Shown: in pieces, positions 9,379-19,094 of the stretch
How the letters are laid out: every line of letters begins with the position of its first letter
Position numbering within the stretch: position 1 is the stretch's first letter
Assembly (NCBI GenBank): GCA_045644145.1
Contig: JAZRGK010000058.1
Location: 557-64,556, forward strand
Origin: Candidatus Flemingiibacterium sp.
GTDB lineage: Bacteria > Bacillota > Clostridia > Oscillospirales > CAG-272
Reading direction: 5' to 3'
DNA: 64,000 nt
Notes under the pieces: generated by a model
Database searches by the model: none
Told to the model about the DNA's origin: nothing
What the model saw: the letters and a program-made list of their open reading frames with translations, nothing else
Position numbers and translations under genes: made by a program

Positions 9379-10989
9379 ATGGATATTTTCACAACGCGTG
9401 AAATCGCGATTTTTATGTATGGCATACTTTTGCTTACATATATTCTCGTTCGCAATAAAGGCAAAAAGATTTTTATGCCAGTTATTAAAGCTGCTTGCCA
9501 CAAGAAACTTATCATTCCATTTTGCTTTCTTTTATTGTTAGCTATAGGTTTTGTTTGGGTGTGTACATATTCCTCTATTTGGGATTGGATATATGTAAAG
9601 GATATTGCTTTTTGGACTCTGTTTGTAGGTGTACCAGTGTGCTTTAATGCAACAAGCAGGCAATTAGAAGAACATTATTTTAAAAACATTTTAGTTGACA
9701 ATCTTAAATTTACCGCTTTAGTAGAATTCATTACAGGTACATTTACCCTCTCCTTTATAGGGGAATTGATATTACAACCGATCTTGGTTGTATTAATGAT
9801 TATGCAATCCTCGCTGGTAAAGAAAACAGAAGCCACTAAAAAGGTGGTTGATTGTATTGTTGGAATCGCAGGACTCATAATAATTGGTCTTACCGTAAAA
9901 TCGATAGTAGATTCCATCGGCGAGGTTTATTTTGTAGACATTTTGGTTGGTTTGCTTTTGCCAATAATATTATCGATTATATATTTACCTGTTGCTTATC
10001 TTTTTGCAATATATGCTAAGTACGAAATTCTATTTATGCGTATGGGATTTAAAGAGCCCGATGATAAAAAATTAAGACATAAACACCAACTTCAAGTATT
10101 TCTATGCTGCAAACTCTCTTATAAAAAAGTATGTAAATTTCTCAACGAGTACGTGCAAAAAATGTATATTAGAATGAGTACAACTGAATTCGAAACTATA
10201 ATTGATGAATTTAGGGGTACTACCCAGCATACATATTATGCGGTCATTCGGCACAATAGGAAGTACTATATAAGCAGAGATTTCAGCGAAGAAAGTTTTA
10301 AGTTTAACGAATACATTATACACAAAGGCGGATTATTTAGTTCACGAAATAAATCTCTTAGAAGAGAAATCGCTTTACAAATACAAGAAAAAACACCTTT
10401 TAAAAATACAGAATTTAATGACTCTAATATCCATTGTCCCGTTTCATTACGCAAGATGTTTTTATTCAAAAAAGGCGAGTTTTTTAAGCGTACAAATGTA
10501 GCACTATTTATAAGCAATTCATTCGAAAGAAGAAAAGAATCTGTTGATATACCTTTCGTCAAAGATGTTAAGGATCAATGTGACAAGAATGCAATAGCTT
10601 TAATGCGTGCAATGAAGAGAAGTGACTATTTCCCATCTTTTATTCCGACTCTATTCGGGTTTGCTGTATTCTTACTTTTATCACTTATCCAAACAGGTAT
10701 TAATACCAATTTGGACCTTGCTGCACTTATTTTCACAATTCTTTGTCAATTGGGAGTCTTTTTTAATAATCAAGATCCGCTACTTAGGATAAGAATAAAA
10801 CAACGAACAATATACTTATACAAAGATATTGTGTTTAAAGGCATACAGGAAGTACTTATGATTTATATTTCCTTGTTAATTAGCTATAGTCTCAGGTCTC
10901 TAAACATTAGTAGCGAATGGTTATCCAAATTTAGTATTGCAATTCTTTTTCTGTGCATGATAATAGACATCTGGGAAAAAGATCAATAG
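9379..10989 (+). CDS. Hypothetical multi-pass membrane protein
   Basis: 536-aa AT-rich ORF with many hydrophobic segments at both ends. Confidence 0.75.
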   Translation: MDIFTTREIAIFMYGILLLTYILVRNKGKKIFMPVIKAACHKKLIIPFCFLLLLAIGFVWVCTYSSIWDWIYVKDIAFWTLFVGVPVCFNATSRQLEEHYFKNILVDNLKFTALVEFITGTFTLSFIGELILQPILVVLMIMQSSLVKKTEATKKVVDCIVGIAGLIIIGLTVKSIVDSIGEVYFVDILVGLLLPIILSIIYLPVAYLFAIYAKYEILFMRMGFKEPDDKKLRHKHQLQVFLCCKLSYKKVCKFLNEYVQKMYIRMSTTEFETIIDEFRGTTQHTYYAVIRHNRKYYISRDFSEESFKFNEYIIHKGGLFSSRNKSLRREIALQIQEKTPFKNTEFNDSNIHCPVSLRKMFLFKKGEFFKRTNVALFISNSFERRKESVDIPFVKDVKDQCDKNAIALMRAMKRSDYFPSFIPTLFGFAVFLLLSLIQTGINTNLDLAALIFTILCQLGVFFNNQDPLLRIRIKQRTIYLYKDIVFKGIQEVLMIYISLLISYSLRSLNISSEWLSKFSIAILFLCMIIDIWEKDQ

Positions 10990-11031
10990 ACAAAAATACC
11001 GGTCATCAATGATGATGGCCGGTATTTTTGT
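10990..11031. terminator. Bidirectional intrinsic terminator
   Basis: ACAAAAATACCGGTCATC...GATGGCCGGTATTTTTGT between convergent genes. Confidence 0.8.
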
Positions 11032-11105
11032 TGTTTAAGCTATCCTATTCGGTTTGTGTGACTTCTCCGATAAGGATATCACGCTTTTCGGTGAGGAGTC
11101 TTTTA

Positions 11106-12767
11106 TCATTCTGCAGCAATATTTTCTGTATATCGTAAAATAATCGTTGCAACCTGCGCTCTGGTACAATCATCCTTCGGGGACAGAGTGGTATCACTTG
11201 TACCCTTTATAAGTCCCTTTGCATATGCCCACTGCACTGCAGGCTTCGCATAATCGCTAACGTCTGCGGCGTCTGTATATGCGTCAAGTGCCGTACCGTC
11301 TGACGGCGTCAAGCCCTTGTACTTTAGATAGCGGTACAGTATAGTCACCATATCCTGGCGGCTAATACTGTCGTTTGTACCAAAAGTGTCCGCGGTATAG
11401 CCGTTGACGATTCCGTTTTCACTCGCCCATGCAATTGCATCGGTGTACCACGTATCAGCCGCAACATCATTGAATGTCACGCCTACACTTGCAGCAGGCT
11501 TACCGTCAAGTCTGTGAAGAACCGTTACGAGCATCGCTCGTGTCATCGGCATATCGGGTGAAAACTCCGTAGCACTTGTTCCTGCGAAAAGTCCCATTTC
11601 GGTAATCTTTTCAACCGCATCAAAATACCAGCTACCGCGAGCAACGTCGGTAAAGCGTGGTGCTTTAGGCTTTTGTCTAAAGAAAAACTCAATATGAGTT
11701 TTCGAAATTACGCTTGCGATAGTAACCGTCGTATCATCGGGATACGCCACTCCGTTTACTACTACCTTTTCAACCTCATATCCTTCATCAGGAGCTGCAA
11801 GCACTGTGACGGAAGTGCCGTAACGAACAAGCTGTTTTTCATAGCCCTCGACGATCTTACCGTTCTCTCCTGCGTTTGCAGTGACCTCAATCAGATTCTT
11901 TTCGCCTGCAATAAGTCCACCGATGACTCCGGAAATGTCACTTTGCTTTTTACCGTAGAACTTGGCATCCTCGTATGCGTACAGGGCTGAATTAAGCGCC
12001 TTTTCAGCCTCTAAAAATTCATCGGGAAGCACAGCCTGCGAAAGCGCCTTTTCAGCCGCCTTTATAGCCGCGTCAAGAGCATCGTAAGCCGTCTGCGATA
12101 CGGTAAATGCAGGATATATCAGCTCAGACGTAGGATTCATCACAGCCGCATCGAGCTGTGCCTTGGCTTTTTCTACACTTCCGGCAAGCGTTTCTTCATT
12201 CGAAGTTGTCTCTCCTGTGCCTATGCTAATCTCAAGTGCCGAGGGCGCCGATACGATAGGTCTTGCATTGGCAGCCTTATCCGTCAACACCATATCCGAG
12301 AGTGACAAAGTCGATACTCCGTTATTGAGCGTTTTAAATGTGAATTTCGCCAAAACAAAATCCGTGCCAACATTGACTCCGACCAGCTCCGAGCCCGAAG
12401 TCCCGCAAAGATAGCTGAACGTTACTCTACCGGCTGATGCATTGTCGCTAAAGCTCGTAGAAGCAAACTTCTCCGAAGCCTCAACATTTGTCAACTGTAA
12501 GAGGAATGAATTGTAGTGCAGTATGCCGTTGAATGCATATACCGGCGCTGACACCTCACTATTCGCATTTCCCATCGCATCCCTTGTGGAAACGGCAACA
12601 GTTACTGTTACCGTCTCCCCAACAGCGTACGTTTCGCCTTTTTTCGGTGCCGTAGCCTCAAGGTTCAAAGCATAGCTTACATTACTGTCCTCGGATGCTG
12701 ACGTCTGCAAAGCAAGCACCGAAGAGAGCATAAAAATGCAAAGCATTAAGCTAACTATTTTTTTCAT
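11106..12767 (-). CDS. Cohesin-domain SLH anchoring protein
   Basis: Signal peptide; cohesin-like VGETVTVTV...GILHYNSFLLQL...VLAKFTFKTL; FIVAR-like helix; three SLH domains. Confidence 0.8.
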   Translation of the reverse strand: MKKIVSLMLCIFMLSSVLALQTSASEDSNVSYALNLEATAPKKGETYAVGETVTVTVAVSTRDAMGNANSEVSAPVYAFNGILHYNSFLLQLTNVEASEKFASTSFSDNASAGRVTFSYLCGTSGSELVGVNVGTDFVLAKFTFKTLNNGVSTLSLSDMVLTDKAANARPIVSAPSALEISIGTGETTSNEETLAGSVEKAKAQLDAAVMNPTSELIYPAFTVSQTAYDALDAAIKAAEKALSQAVLPDEFLEAEKALNSALYAYEDAKFYGKKQSDISGVIGGLIAGEKNLIEVTANAGENGKIVEGYEKQLVRYGTSVTVLAAPDEGYEVEKVVVNGVAYPDDTTVTIASVISKTHIEFFFRQKPKAPRFTDVARGSWYFDAVEKITEMGLFAGTSATEFSPDMPMTRAMLVTVLHRLDGKPAASVGVTFNDVAADTWYTDAIAWASENGIVNGYTADTFGTNDSISRQDMVTILYRYLKYKGLTPSDGTALDAYTDAADVSDYAKPAVQWAYAKGLIKGTSDTTLSPKDDCTRAQVATIILRYTENIAAE

Positions 12768-12776
12768 ACCGTCTCC

Positions 12777-15700
12777 TTATTTATTGATTCTGTAAATAAG
12801 CATGAGCTGTGCATCAATGACGTTGATAATACCGTCGCCGTTCACATCACCGCGGATGAATGCGTCATCGCCAAGACCATACTTGTTATCTCCGTGGAAT
12901 GTGTCAACGGCAAGATTCATATCGGTCACATTAACGTATCCGTTGCCGTCATAGTCACCTTTTAAAAGAGCTGTAGCCTTATCGTTTTCATCGACACTCT
13001 GTATGATCGTAAGACCGCCGAGAACGTCTTCCACATCAACATCGGATGCAAAGGATGCAACGTAGGTGTTATCTCCTACATAGTAGAACTTTGTTTCTTT
13101 TCCGCCTACGTTGGTAGTCACCGATGAGATATCGTCCTTGTCGATGATAAGCGCGATCTTCGAGTAGCTTGCAAAGTCCGTTCTGACGGCTTCAACGCTT
13201 ACCTCTACACCGTCATCGCCCGAGCCCACGCTAACCTTGCGCTCCGTAACCTCGATAACGATGACGTCGGTCAGAGTGCTCTTGACAACCTTACCGTCAA
13301 CCTCAAAGGATGCAATCTCATAAATAACGCTTATCGCGGTTTCTCCGGGAACAAGTGCAGTCAGAACGCCCTCGTTGAAGCTGATAATATTCTGCTCGTA
13401 AAGAATCTTCCACGAAACATCATCACCCTCAAGCGCAACACGGTTTGAATTGTATATGCCGAACGCGCTGAGATTTACTGTTGTTCCGACGGGAATTGTT
13501 ATCTTCTTCACATCGTTAACAATTGCAGTATCCTTGTCTGCTGTAAGCTCAACCGAACCGAAATCGGAAAGCGAAGGAGTAACAAGATGTATGAGAAGTG
13601 TGGTCTTGTTTCCTGCTTTATCTGCAGCAACCAGATTAAGCTCACTCTTACTTCTGTCTGCTGTCACCTTACGGCTGACAGTGAACGAGCCGTCCTTGTT
13701 TAAGGTAATACCGTCAGTTGTTCCGTCAAGTGTCAGAACAGTGTCGGGATCGGTAACACCGCTGAAGCTTATGATACCGTCATCGCCAACGACAACATTC
13801 TGCATGCTTATTGCGGTATATTCGTCCTCCTTCTCGATATTCACCGAAACATCCTGACCCACCTTCAAGAGAGGAGCTGTGGTATCCACAACAAATGCGA
13901 ACGCAGCTTCCTCGTGAATACGGCTGTCGGTGGTATCATACTCGGGAGTTACAGCATAGAAGTCGATTACATGGTCGCCCTCGATAAGCGGAACGCTTAC
14001 TGTATGTACCTTCTTGCATTCAGTTGAGTAAGACTTTGTGAGTGTATCTGCCACGATGAAGAAGTATACATCTCTGTCGAAGGTATATGTTGCCTCAAAT
14101 GTGTCAACACACTGTGCAGACTTGGAGTCATCGATGTTGCTTTCGACGCTGAGAAGCACAGGAGTCTGCTTTTCGGGCATTACAAGTGCATTGGAATATA
14201 CAGATTCGTTGCTGTAATACATCTTGTCACCGTCGTATTTTACGGTGTCCACCGCAACATAGTAGGTGTTGCCGACAACAAGTCCTTGGTTCTCACCGAA
14301 GTAGTAAACATCGTTCTCATATTCGCCGGTCTGTGTGTTATAGAACTTCTCTCCAACCTCCTGCTCGAATATGCCGTTTTCTATAACGTTCATGTTTTCG
14401 TCGAGAATGCGTATGAGATATGCGTTGTATTCCACGTCGTTTTCACGCTCGATTTCAATACGGAGATCGCCGTCGCCGCCGTAGGATATGGTCACATCGT
14501 CAACATTCTCGGGAAGCTTATCGTTTTCGAAGGTGAACGCGGTATCATTCATCGCAAGTGACATACCGCCGACATCCTGTGAAAGCATGCATACAACGTA
14601 GTAATCTCCGTTGAGAAGTGTGTCGGGAATATCCGCCACAACGCTTCCGTCACGCATATTTTCAAGCTCAAAGCGTCCGAGTGAGATAAGACCGGTATTC
14701 GGGTCAGCTACACTCTGACGGAGACTCGAAAGTGCATTGGGGTTTTCTGTGATGTAAACATCAAGTGCACCGGGAACATCACTTTCACCGTCAACATCGT
14801 AGTTTATGGTAAGCTGATACGGATTGGATGCATCATAGCTGTATGTTACACCTGCAAGATCGGGAAGATCGTCAACGCCGTTTACCGCGAAATCGGAAAC
14901 AGTTACGCCGTCAGTAGCAATGGAGAGTGTCCATTCACCCTCTTCGAGAAGTTCCTTATCGGTTACAGTGATGTAAATATACTTCTGTGCGCCCTCACCG
15001 CGGTCATTGATAAGGAAGTTACCTCCACCCTGTCCGTCATCGGGAATCATCTCAATCTGTTTTCCGGAAGGAGTGAGCAGAATGATTTCCTCAGCCGTGG
15101 GGAACTTAACTCCGTCAAAAGGCACCTCAAGAAGGAGTGCATCCTCTGCGGTGGGATCGAATACCTTCTTTATAAGTATATCCCCTGCTCTGCCGCTGTC
15201 AACCTTTGTTGAAGTAAGACGGCGTAAGTTTGTACCGTAAAGCGCTGTACACTGAACATATTTGCCGTTTTCATCGTAGTAAGAGGTGTCAAATGCCTTT
15301 ATAGCATCTCCTCTGCCGCTAAGATCGATTCCCTGTCCTATTTCCCAGTCTCCGCCCCAATAATAGATGAAACCGAACTTGATTCCGATAATCTTAAGGT
15401 TAGCACCGATAAAGTCGGTCGAGCCTGCAGCTTCAACGCCGCCAAGCTCCATGCCACCTATCAGCGGCACAGATTCGGGAATACCGAGTGTTGCATAATA
15501 GTATACGTAGAAGTAATCCTTACGGATAGTTACGGTCATACCGCCCTTCATAAGTCCCTGAAGCAGTGTACCGTTTCCGTAAATATTGATGTTGAAGTCG
15601 GGCTTCCAGCGTATATTCGCGCCTGCCTCCAGCTTCAGTATTTTTCCGTCATCATCGTTGTTGAGGGTTACCTCACCGGTAAGTGAAACGTGCTCAAGGT

Positions 15701-18700
15701 TAAATTCAACCTCAAAGACACCGTTAAGGATCTCCACAAAGCTCAGGTCAATACGTCCGTAGATCGTCGGGAAATAGAGTCCTTCATCCTCGTCCTTGTC
15801 TTTAAGCGTTTCGGCAAGGTCGGAAATACCGAATCCGCCGCCTGTGATAAATACACCGGGGATGCCAAAGAACGGAACCTTTACGGCCTCAACACTGAGA
15901 TATGCCTTAACTTCATCGGGGTAGTATCTTTCTACACCCTTTCTTGTAATCTGCTTGAGCATGAGAGTTACCTCGCACTCAAAAAGATTCTTCACCTCAA
16001 CTCCGAAATCAAAACCGAATTCCTTGTCTAAGGTATTGATGTAAACTGTAGCCTCAACGCCAAACTTATTCTTGAATACGCCTCCAAGAACATCCGCTGG
16101 GAGTTTTACCTCAAGTGAGGTATTGATTCCGACGAAACCGGTTTCGTATTCTCCGGTTTCCTCGTTATAGGATTTGTGACCGAAAATTATGTCTTCGATC
16201 TCTGCGGTTATTTCGCCGTCATCGGGTTCATCTTCAATCTTACCAAGGCTGTTTACATACTGTCCAAGCTTGGAGTCGGAAGTAGTAACTGTAAGCTGGG
16301 GGGGATTATCTCCTGAAGGAAGTGTGAGTCCGACTTTGTTTCCACTGCCGGAGGTGTTACCACCGGAAGTGTTTCCGCTGCCGGAAGTGTTTCCGCTGCC
16401 GGAGGTGTTTCCACTGCCGGAGGTGTTTCCACCGGAGGTGTTACCACCGGATGTGTTTCCACCGGATGTGTTTCCGCCGGAAGTGTTTCCGCTGCCGGAT
16501 GTGTTACCACCGGATGTGTTACCACCGGATGTGTTACCACCGGATGTGTTACCACCGGATGTGTTGCCGCCGGAAGTGTTGCCACCGGAGGTGTTACCAC
16601 CGGAGGTGTTACCACCGGAGGTGTTACCACCGGATGTGTTGCCGCCGGAAGTGTTGCCACCGGATGTGTTACCACTATCGGGTTTGGTCGAGTCACCGGG
16701 TTTGGTCGAGTCACCGGGCTTGCTTGCATCAGCCTGCTTTTTAGCCTTTATCGGAAGAGTAGCCTTACCGCCGAAGCTGATGCCGTAGAGATCTTCATCT
16801 CTTGTAAGCTGACCGTATTTAAGGTCGATAAGAATTCCGCCGATATACTGAATTATCGAACCACCGATACCGAGTTGAAGTATAAATGCCTCGTCTTCAT
16901 CTTCTGCCTCAAGAGTAGACATCACGCCGTCCTTACCCTCAAGACTCCAGCCGTTATGCCAAACGGTTATCGAACCTATAACTTTGATTCTGCCGTTACC
17001 TGCGATAGTAGCAATATTATCGTTCTGGGTACTCCACCAGTCGCCCTCGATTGACATAGTAAGCGGCTCGGCACCGTCATATACAAGAAGGTTATTGATA
17101 GTTACATCGCCATCAGTGGTATTAGCCTGATAGAATAGCTTGCCGTTTTCATTCATATAGCGGATCTTACCTCTAACGACAGCCATTATTTCGCTTGTTT
17201 CAGGGTCAAAAGTAATAAAGTCATGTTTAAGACCGCGTCCGGTGAATTCGCCTTCCTCAAACTGCTTTAGCTGTTCCTCGCTGATAAATGAAACAAAATC
17301 GTAAGCCGGATAGTTATCTTTCTCAAAACGAACCATTGCCACAAGGCCGTAGCTCTGTGCACGGTAGCGCTCATCATCAGACACCGAGAGAACCTCTGCC
17401 GCAATAACCTTGCTTGTAAGCTCATCCTTTAACTGCTTATCAGTTAAGTGCAGTTCGATCTTGTAATCACCCACCGAGAGTGACTCATCGGTGGAGAAGG
17501 TCATCGTCTTATAGGTTTCGTTCGGGAATGCTATGGTGCTCTTGTCAATTCTCACCTTGTGGAAGCCCTTGATGAGATAGAGTTCCCATCCGGTAGAAGC
17601 TTTGAGAGCTTTGAGAGCCTCCATATCGCCGGAAACGGTAATATTCTTTTCGCCATCGGTATATACCTTTTGGGGCGAAACAGACGTCATCTTAACGTCG
17701 GGAAGCACGCCGTCAACACCGGGGACAAGTACATTCTTCTGCGACGAATATGTTGCCTGCGTCCATTCGATTTCAGACGTGTATTCAGTAGCAGATACGT
17801 TTACTGTAATATTTTTTGACGTAAGGTTTGCCTCGGGTGAAACCACAACGGTTCTCTTTATGGTTTTAACAGTTCCCTTCGGTATACCCATATTAAGGAT
17901 TTCCACGCCGACATATTCTCCGTAAGTTAACTTCTCCTCGGATAAGCCGGAATCCTTGAATGTAAGTCCCTCTTCAAGGAAAATGTCAACCTGTGCGGTA
18001 ATAATATCGACAGCTCCGTCAACGCTGTTGTCAAGCGTTATGATAAGCTCGATCTCGCCGCCGTTCTGATAACCGTCGCCCTTACTGTTAAGCTTTACAG
18101 AAGGAACGTTAACGCTCATGCCGAGATGCTCTTTACTGAGGTCAGCGGTAAAGTTACCGATGCCGTAGAGCATTTCCATTGTTCTCGATCCGCCTGCCGC
18201 CACCTCTTCTTCAGACCAGTAGATCGCGGTTGCCGTGTCGGGAACTCTATGTGCATTTGAGTAGTTGGAGAAATCGCAGCTCGCATCGGGAGTGTAGTCA
18301 TATCTCGTGTTTGCGAGATTTGCCCAGTGACCCACGATGACCTTATCGGGAGTGGTGTCACTCTCACCGCTCCAGCCCTTGAGCATTGCATACGCCATCT
18401 TCTTGGTGTTTGCAAGAGAATCCACATATGTAAGCTGCTGGGGCATATTTCCTGCCATATCGGAATATTCGGTTTCCACAATGGTAGGCGAGAAAATCTC
18501 GCTGTTGATAACGTAAGGCGCATCAACCTTGGAGTCGAGGGCGTTATCAAGCAAAAGGCGGATACCGACGTTGCCGGGAGTATCGTTCATGTTTACAACT
18601 GTGTAACCGATGCCTATATTTCCGGCAAGATCACTGTCTTCTATCTCGGAGATGATAACATTCTGCGTAATGAGATAACCCTTAACGCCCCACGAAACGC

Positions 18701-19082
18701 TCATCAGTCTGCCGCCATTTGAAATAACGGGGGTATAAAGATCGGTTTCGATGCCGAAATAGCTGTAATCCTGTCCGAATATGTAATCCTTGCCGTCAAT
18801 ACGTACCGTTGTATAGGACGTACCGTTGCTTCTTGCCGCCGCCTCGTTATAAAGAAGCGGAATATTGTTGTCAAATGTCTTCTGCGGATGACCCTCTTTG
18901 GTTTCCACAGAGAACGCTCCAGTGTCCGCATCGTATGCGAAGCGGACATAATCGTTTGCGATCTTATATACGCTTCCGCTTATCAGCGACTCGATACCGA
19001 GAGCCGCCGCACTTTCGGCGAGAGTCGGTACCATCATAAAGATGACAAGCAGAATTGATATAATTCTTTTAGAAAGCTTCAT
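12777..19082 (-). CDS. 2101-aa secreted protein with GGNTS linker and C-terminal dockerin
   Basis: Signal peptide; duplicated Ca-binding loops GDYDGNGYVNVTD and GDVNGDGIINVID at the C-terminus. Confidence 0.85.
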   Translation of the reverse strand: MKLSKRIISILLVIFMMVPTLAESAAALGIESLISGSVYKIANDYVRFAYDADTGAFSVETKEGHPQKTFDNNIPLLYNEAAARSNGTSYTTVRIDGKDYIFGQDYSYFGIETDLYTPVISNGGRLMSVSWGVKGYLITQNVIISEIEDSDLAGNIGIGYTVVNMNDTPGNVGIRLLLDNALDSKVDAPYVINSEIFSPTIVETEYSDMAGNMPQQLTYVDSLANTKKMAYAMLKGWSGESDTTPDKVIVGHWANLANTRYDYTPDASCDFSNYSNAHRVPDTATAIYWSEEEVAAGGSRTMEMLYGIGNFTADLSKEHLGMSVNVPSVKLNSKGDGYQNGGEIELIITLDNSVDGAVDIITAQVDIFLEEGLTFKDSGLSEEKLTYGEYVGVEILNMGIPKGTVKTIKRTVVVSPEANLTSKNITVNVSATEYTSEIEWTQATYSSQKNVLVPGVDGVLPDVKMTSVSPQKVYTDGEKNITVSGDMEALKALKASTGWELYLIKGFHKVRIDKSTIAFPNETYKTMTFSTDESLSVGDYKIELHLTDKQLKDELTSKVIAAEVLSVSDDERYRAQSYGLVAMVRFEKDNYPAYDFVSFISEEQLKQFEEGEFTGRGLKHDFITFDPETSEIMAVVRGKIRYMNENGKLFYQANTTDGDVTINNLLVYDGAEPLTMSIEGDWWSTQNDNIATIAGNGRIKVIGSITVWHNGWSLEGKDGVMSTLEAEDEDEAFILQLGIGGSIIQYIGGILIDLKYGQLTRDEDLYGISFGGKATLPIKAKKQADASKPGDSTKPGDSTKPDSGNTSGGNTSGGNTSGGNTSGGNTSGGNTSGGNTSGGNTSGGNTSGGNTSGGNTSGGNTSGSGNTSGGNTSGGNTSGGNTSGGNTSGSGNTSGSGNTSGSGNTSGGNTSGSGNKVGLTLPSGDNPPQLTVTTSDSKLGQYVNSLGKIEDEPDDGEITAEIEDIIFGHKSYNEETGEYETGFVGINTSLEVKLPADVLGGVFKNKFGVEATVYINTLDKEFGFDFGVEVKNLFECEVTLMLKQITRKGVERYYPDEVKAYLSVEAVKVPFFGIPGVFITGGGFGISDLAETLKDKDEDEGLYFPTIYGRIDLSFVEILNGVFEVEFNLEHVSLTGEVTLNNDDDGKILKLEAGANIRWKPDFNINIYGNGTLLQGLMKGGMTVTIRKDYFYVYYYATLGIPESVPLIGGMELGGVEAAGSTDFIGANLKIIGIKFGFIYYWGGDWEIGQGIDLSGRGDAIKAFDTSYYDENGKYVQCTALYGTNLRRLTSTKVDSGRAGDILIKKVFDPTAEDALLLEVPFDGVKFPTAEEIILLTPSGKQIEMIPDDGQGGGNFLINDRGEGAQKYIYITVTDKELLEEGEWTLSIATDGVTVSDFAVNGVDDLPDLAGVTYSYDASNPYQLTINYDVDGESDVPGALDVYITENPNALSSLRQSVADPNTGLISLGRFELENMRDGSVVADIPDTLLNGDYYVVCMLSQDVGGMSLAMNDTAFTFENDKLPENVDDVTISYGGDGDLRIEIERENDVEYNAYLIRILDENMNVIENGIFEQEVGEKFYNTQTGEYENDVYYFGENQGLVVGNTYYVAVDTVKYDGDKMYYSNESVYSNALVMPEKQTPVLLSVESNIDDSKSAQCVDTFEATYTFDRDVYFFIVADTLTKSYSTECKKVHTVSVPLIEGDHVIDFYAVTPEYDTTDSRIHEEAAFAFVVDTTAPLLKVGQDVSVNIEKEDEYTAISMQNVVVGDDGIISFSGVTDPDTVLTLDGTTDGITLNKDGSFTVSRKVTADRSKSELNLVAADKAGNKTTLLIHLVTPSLSDFGSVELTADKDTAIVNDVKKITIPVGTTVNLSAFGIYNSNRVALEGDDVSWKILYEQNIISFNEGVLTALVPGETAISVIYEIASFEVDGKVVKSTLTDVIVIEVTERKVSVGSGDDGVEVSVEAVRTDFASYSKIALIIDKDDISSVTTNVGGKETKFYYVGDNTYVASFASDVDVEDVLGGLTIIQSVDENDKATALLKGDYDGNGYVNVTDMNLAVDTFHGDNKYGLGDDAFIRGDVNGDGIINVIDAQLMLIYRINK
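16338..16720 (-). repeat. Intragenic tandem repeat encoding (G/GS)GNTS units plus PGDSTK repeats
   Basis: 15/18-bp periodic GGNGGNAACACNTCC units on the minus strand. Confidence 0.95.
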
Positions 19083-19094
19083 TTGTTACTCCTT

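Noticed and set aside
16189-16788. Repetitive ORFs (PPEVL, HRMCY, VVTHP)
   Set aside because: Shadow frames of the GGNTS repeat in the dockerin gene.
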